Shown here piece after piece: positions 59,717-64,000 of a stretch of 64,000 bases of DNA; position 1 is the first letter of the stretch; each line of letters begins with the position of its first letter. The translations under genes were made by a program, and so were the position numbers. Origin of the DNA: an uncultured Dehalococcoidia bacterium (lineage in GTDB: Bacteria; Chloroflexota; Dehalococcoidia; Lucifugimonadales; Lucifugimonadaceae); assembly GCA_913048295.1 (NCBI GenBank), contig CAJWWK010000005.1:6043-70042 (forward strand), written 5' to 3'. A model generated the notes under the pieces. It worked only from the letters and a program-made list of their open reading frames with translations, did no database searches and was not told the origin of the DNA.

Positions 59717-61258
59717 ATGCCCGAAAGCCAGGAGAATCGAGGTAACGGACAGGGCAAGGTTTACCTGGTTGGTGCCGGACCCGGCGATCCCGGCCTGATT
59801 ACGGTGAAGGGGCTCGAAGCCCTCAGGACTGCCGATGCGATCGTATACGACCGCCTCGCCTCGCCGCGTTTACTGGCCGAAGCCCGGCCCGACGCCGAAA
59901 TGTACGATGCCGGGAAGGGTCGCGATGACCACCGCATGACCCAGTCCGAAATCAACGACCTGCTCATAGAACTGGGCCTGAGCGGGAAGTCGGTATGCCG
60001 ACTCAAGGGCGGGGACCCGTTTGTCTTCGGGCGGGGCGGGGAAGAAGCGCTGGAACTGGCAGCCGCAGGCATCGAGTGGGAAGTCGTTCCCGGCATTTCA
60101 TCCGTGATCGCAGCACCCGCCTACGCCGGTATTCCTGTGACCCAGAGGGGAATGAGTACTTCGCTCACGGTCGTAACAGGCAGCGAAGATCCGAACAAAC
60201 CCGATTCGAGCATCAACTGGGACGCGCTCGCAGGACTTTCGGGAACAATCGTATTCGTGATGGGCTGGAACGGGATGAACGACATCGTCGACGCCCTTGT
60301 GTCCCGTGGCGTCCCGGACGACCGACCGGCTGCACTTGTCCAGTGGGGAACAACCGCGAAACAACGGACCGTTACCGGACCGATCAGCGAAATCGTTGGC
60401 AAGGGTGTTGAAGCCGGAATCGGCGCACCGGTCGCCCTGGTAATCGGTGAGGTGGTAGGAATGCGTGACGCACTTGCCTGGTTCGACAATCGACCGTTAT
60501 TTGGCAAGAAAGTGCTCGTAACCAGGGCGCGATCGCAGGCGAGTCGACTGGTTAAAAAGCTGGAAGATCTCGGGGCCGAAGTGTTCGAGTATCCGGCGAT
60601 AGAAATCGTCCCTGCTTCTGATCCATCGGCGCTCGATGAGGCGTTGCGTAACATTTCAAACTACGACTGGGTGATGCTGACCAGCTCGAACGCGGTCCGC
60701 GGCCTTACCGACCGCATGCGGGCCACCGGCATCGACGCCAGGGCGTTTGCACACCTCCAATTTGGGGTCGTCGGGCCTTCCACTGCACGCGCCCTCTCGG
60801 CTGAGGGTATAACCGCAGACGCCATGCCCGACCAGTACGTCGCCAGCGCAATGCTCGATCTGCTCAAACGAGATGGCATCGTCCCCGGCCGTGTGTTGTT
60901 CCCCCGGTCGGATATCGGCGGGGAGGCCCTCACGATTGGGCTGCGAGAGCTGGGTTCGCAGGTCGACGAAGTAATTGCCTATTCGACCCGGATACCCCCT
61001 GATACCGGCGATCTGGCCCGTGATGCCTATGAGGAAGGCATTGATTTCACTACTTTCACGAGTTCTTCAACGGTAAACAATCTGGTCGGTCTGCTCGGCG
61101 GGAGTCCCGATCTCATCAACACCAGTAAGACGGTGATAATCGGACCTGTCACCGCCGAAACGGCTGTCGAGCTCGGAGTTAATATCGACATCCAGGCCGC
61201 TGAGCAATCGATCGACGGCCTGGTCGCCGCCATAACATCGCTCGTCAGCGGTACATAA
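59717..61258 (+). CDS. cobA-hemD: Uroporphyrinogen-III C-methyltransferase / uroporphyrinogen-III synthase fusion
   Basis: VGAGPGDPGL and RLKGGDPFVFGRGGEE, followed by LVTRA, TSSNAV and FTSSST. Confidence 0.93.
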   Translation: MPESQENRGNGQGKVYLVGAGPGDPGLITVKGLEALRTADAIVYDRLASPRLLAEARPDAEMYDAGKGRDDHRMTQSEINDLLIELGLSGKSVCRLKGGDPFVFGRGGEEALELAAAGIEWEVVPGISSVIAAPAYAGIPVTQRGMSTSLTVVTGSEDPNKPDSSINWDALAGLSGTIVFVMGWNGMNDIVDALVSRGVPDDRPAALVQWGTTAKQRTVTGPISEIVGKGVEAGIGAPVALVIGEVVGMRDALAWFDNRPLFGKKVLVTRARSQASRLVKKLEDLGAEVFEYPAIEIVPASDPSALDEALRNISNYDWVMLTSSNAVRGLTDRMRATGIDARAFAHLQFGVVGPSTARALSAEGITADAMPDQYVASAMLDLLKRDGIVPGRVLFPRSDIGGEALTIGLRELGSQVDEVIAYSTRIPPDTGDLARDAYEEGIDFTTFTSSSTVNNLVGLLGGSPDLINTSKTVIIGPVTAETAVELGVNIDIQAAEQSIDGLVAAITSLVSGT

Positions 61259-61265
61259 TAAGTAG

Positions 61266-62240
61266 ATGACCAACGATTCGTTTTCCCGACTCAGGCGGCT
61301 CCGCAGCAACTCCACGCTGCGGGACATGCTCGCGGAGACTCGCCTTTCGGCCTCAGAGTTCATCTACCCGATGTTCGTCGTCAACGGCACCGGTGTCCGA
61401 ACTCCAATCGAGCCAATGCCGGGTATCGACCAGATGTCGGTCGATGTGGCTGTCGAAGAGGCGCAAAAAGCGTACGAGGCGGGGGTCAAATCCGTCCTGC
61501 TCTTCGGCATTCCCGATGAGAAGGACGCTGCCGGGTCGAAGTCCAGATCTCCCGATGAGGCGGTTCAACAGGCGGTGGCTGCAATCAAAAAAGCGTCACC
61601 CGATACCTACGTAATCACCGACGTTTGCCTGTGCGAATACACCGATCACGGTCACTGCGGAATCGTTAACGAGAGCGGTGTTGACAACGACGCAACAGTA
61701 CCGCTACTCGCCGAGACGGCAGTCTCACACGCCCGGGCCGGAGCCGACATGGTGGCACCATCGGCCATGATGGACGGACAGGTCGCCGCGATACGAGCCG
61801 GTCTGAACGAAAACGGGTTCACAGATACCCCGATCATGGGCTACTCGGCAAAGTACGCATCGGCGTTCTACGGCCCGTTCCGCATCGCAGCAGGTTCGAC
61901 ACCGCAATTTGGCGACCGGAAGGGCTACCAGATGGCCCCGACGCAAAGTCGCGAGGCCATGCGGGAGATCGAAGCGGACATCGATGACGGCGCCGACCTG
62001 ATCATGGTCAAACCGGCCCTCGCCTATCTCGACGTGATCAAAGAAGCGTCAATTCGGTTCGACGCGCCGATCGTTGCCTACAACGTCAGCGGCGAATATT
62101 CGATGCTCGCTGCCGCGGGTAGCGCGGGTTGGCTGGAGCGCGAGCGGGCAACGATGGAAGTCCTCACTGCAATCAAGCGGGCCGGGGCCGACTTGATCAT
62201 CACTTACAGTGCCATCGAAGCCGCCCGCTTGCTCGCCTAA
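61266..62240 (+). CDS. hemB: Porphobilinogen synthase (Zn-type)
   Basis: DVCLCEYTDHGHCG, APSAMMDG, MVKP and YNVSGEY motifs. Confidence 0.95.
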   Translation: MTNDSFSRLRRLRSNSTLRDMLAETRLSASEFIYPMFVVNGTGVRTPIEPMPGIDQMSVDVAVEEAQKAYEAGVKSVLLFGIPDEKDAAGSKSRSPDEAVQQAVAAIKKASPDTYVITDVCLCEYTDHGHCGIVNESGVDNDATVPLLAETAVSHARAGADMVAPSAMMDGQVAAIRAGLNENGFTDTPIMGYSAKYASAFYGPFRIAAGSTPQFGDRKGYQMAPTQSREAMREIEADIDDGADLIMVKPALAYLDVIKEASIRFDAPIVAYNVSGEYSMLAAAGSAGWLERERATMEVLTAIKRAGADLIITYSAIEAARLLA

Positions 62241-62468
62241 CGTTGGTGCCAAACGCCCACCGGGTGTAGTGATTGAACAGGATATTCAGTCACAGTGCGG
62301 CGTCCAATGCACGCTGCACATTAATCGTATTCCTGCTTTATTGCACATATTGCTGTTAATACCTTGTTTTGTACTGCTTCGTCGCCGGAATCATGCGAGA
62401 ATTAACAGCTTCGGCCTTCGATCGTCACCGGTCGGACAGGGTCATGAAAACCAGGAGGATTTGATGCG

Positions 62469-63197
62469 ATGGGTGAGCTAATTTCTGCTAACAACCTGAG
62501 AGGGCTGGTTGCAGAACTTATCGCTACGTTCACGTTCGTTTTCGTAGGTGTGGGTGCCGTGGGTGCCGCACTGGCACTGGTAACCCCGATAGACGGCGCA
62601 GGCCTGATCGTCATCGCCCTCGGGCACGGACTCGGAATTTTCCTTGGAATCGTGGTAATTGGCCGCATTACCGGGGCACACCTGAACCCCGCTATAACCA
62701 TCGCCATGATCGTGGCGGGCAATACCGGATTGATCCGCGGCTTTTCGTACATTGTCGGGCAGCTTGCCGGTGCAGTTCTGGCGATATTTACCCTCGACCA
62801 GTACGTCTGGGGCCTGGACGGACTTGGCGTGCAGAGTTTGGGCGTGGGCGTCGCCACCGTTGACGGCTTTGTGCTCGAAGTAATTCTCACATTCTTCCTG
62901 GTGTTCACGGTCTTCGCGACAACCGTCGACAAACGGGGCAGTGCGGCCTGGGCCCCGCTGGCAATCGGCATGGTGATATTCGTCGATCACCTGATTGCCG
63001 TTCAAGTCACGGGCGCGTCGATGAACCCAGCCCGCAGTTTCGGTCCGGCACTGATCCACGGCGCATGGGACGTCCATTGGCTGTACTGGGCAGGACCGAT
63101 CGTCGGTGGGCTGCTCGCGGCGATCGCTTACGTTGTGATATTCGGGACGAAAGAAGATCAGTACAAGCTCGGCACGATCAATATTCGTTCGGACTAG
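62469..63197 (+). CDS. MIP family channel (aquaporin)
   Basis: Two NPA motifs (HLNPA, SMNPARSFGP) and six TM segments. Confidence 0.92.
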   Translation: MGELISANNLRGLVAELIATFTFVFVGVGAVGAALALVTPIDGAGLIVIALGHGLGIFLGIVVIGRITGAHLNPAITIAMIVAGNTGLIRGFSYIVGQLAGAVLAIFTLDQYVWGLDGLGVQSLGVGVATVDGFVLEVILTFFLVFTVFATTVDKRGSAAWAPLAIGMVIFVDHLIAVQVTGASMNPARSFGPALIHGAWDVHWLYWAGPIVGGLLAAIAYVVIFGTKEDQYKLGTINIRSD

Positions 63198-63290
63198 CAC
63201 TGGCTGGCGCCCCACCGGATCGGAGATCACGATCGCTTCCTGGCCCGTTTACGCGACAATCGCCAATCGGGGCTGTATGGTTTCGGCAGC

Positions 63291-64000
63291 ATGAACCATT
63301 CAGCCCGGAAACGCGCGAAACTGACCACGCTGGCGAAGTCTGCGGTATCTGTTTTCGTGTTCATGCTGGCTGTGTCAGTGTTCACCTGCTGTTCTAACTC
63401 TGGCAGTGACGGTGACGCCGGCTCCAGCGATCGCGCCGACACTGGGAGCGTATCCGAAAAAACCGTTTCGGATGCGCAGATCGCGACGATACAGGCCGAG
63501 TTGCAGGTGGCCCTCGATTCGTGGCGCGAGAACGAACGGATCACCGGGGCGTCGATGTCGGTCTTTTCTTCGGCGACCGGGCAAATCGACCTGGCGAGCG
63601 GGTTTGCTAAGCTGTCGATTGATCCCGACCGATTTCCCGATGACGTGCTGACTGTCGAAAGCCCGATGTTTGCCGGGGACCTGGCTCACACGCTCGTGGC
63701 TGCCCTGGTGATTCAACTTGCCCATAAGGGCGCGCTGGCACTGGATGCTTCGATAGCAAACTGGTACCCGGAAATCGAGTACGCCAGGCAAATCACCGTC
63801 CGCAACATGCTCGACCACACCAGTGGAATCCCGACGTTCTACACCCAGGATTTCGTGGACGTCCTTTACGAGCAGGAACCGTTTATCGCGCAGTTGCCAG
63901 ATCGCGTAATCGCCGTCGCGGCAGCGGCACCTGCCGGCGCATATTTTCCGCCCGGCACAGAATACGGATACTCGAAGACGAATTTCCTGGTACTCGGCCG
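63291..64000 (+). CDS. Beta-lactamase class C/serine-hydrolase-fold probable lipoprotein, partial, with substituted catalytic motifs
   Basis: Not in the ORF track. Manual translation shows a signal peptide ending FTCC, then FAGDLAHTL, ITVRNMLDHTSG and PGTEYGYSKTNFLVLG. Confidence 0.8.
   Translation, partial: MNHSARKRAKLTTLAKSAVSVFVFMLAVSVFTCCSNSGSDGDAGSSDRADTGSVSEKTVSDAQIATIQAELQVALDSWRENERITGASMSVFSSATGQIDLASGFAKLSIDPDRFPDDVLTVESPMFAGDLAHTLVAALVIQLAHKGALALDASIANWYPEIEYARQITVRNMLDHTSGIPTFYTQDFVDVLYEQEPFIAQLPDRVIAVAAAAPAGAYFPPGTEYGYSKTNFLVLG

Overview
Chromosomal segment of a moderately GC-rich bacterium. Gene content and style suggest Chloroflexota, Dehalococcoidia/SAR202-like; this is an inference, and no marker gene was placed phylogenetically. 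Intact core loci are sufBCDSU, gatB, secG, cysS, ispDF, dnaJ-hspR-clp, rlmB and an alternative-heme operon (fused ahbAB, precorrin-2 dehydrogenase, hemC, cobA-hemD, hemB). A terpenoid cluster comprises a polyprenyl synthase, an HpnG-like phosphorylase, yjbQ and hpnCDE, with no squalene-hopene cyclase in the window. There are many catabolic paralogs: sulfatase, M20/M28 peptidases, lactonase, aldolase, ALDH, DHDPS-like, enolase-superfamily and an RPH-like dikinase. About eight accessory genes are broken by internal deletions, 1-nt indels or nonsense codons while housekeeping genes are clean. Most interesting candidates: the yjbQ/phosphorylase/squalene cluster with a long structured leader; a beta-lactamase-fold lipoprotein with a rewired active site (SxxK to DxxH, YxN to YxK); a diheme cytochrome c with UGA at a heme-binding Cys; and a tandem non-canonical operator upstream of the HspR operon. 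No rRNA, tRNA, CRISPR array or transposase was recognised.
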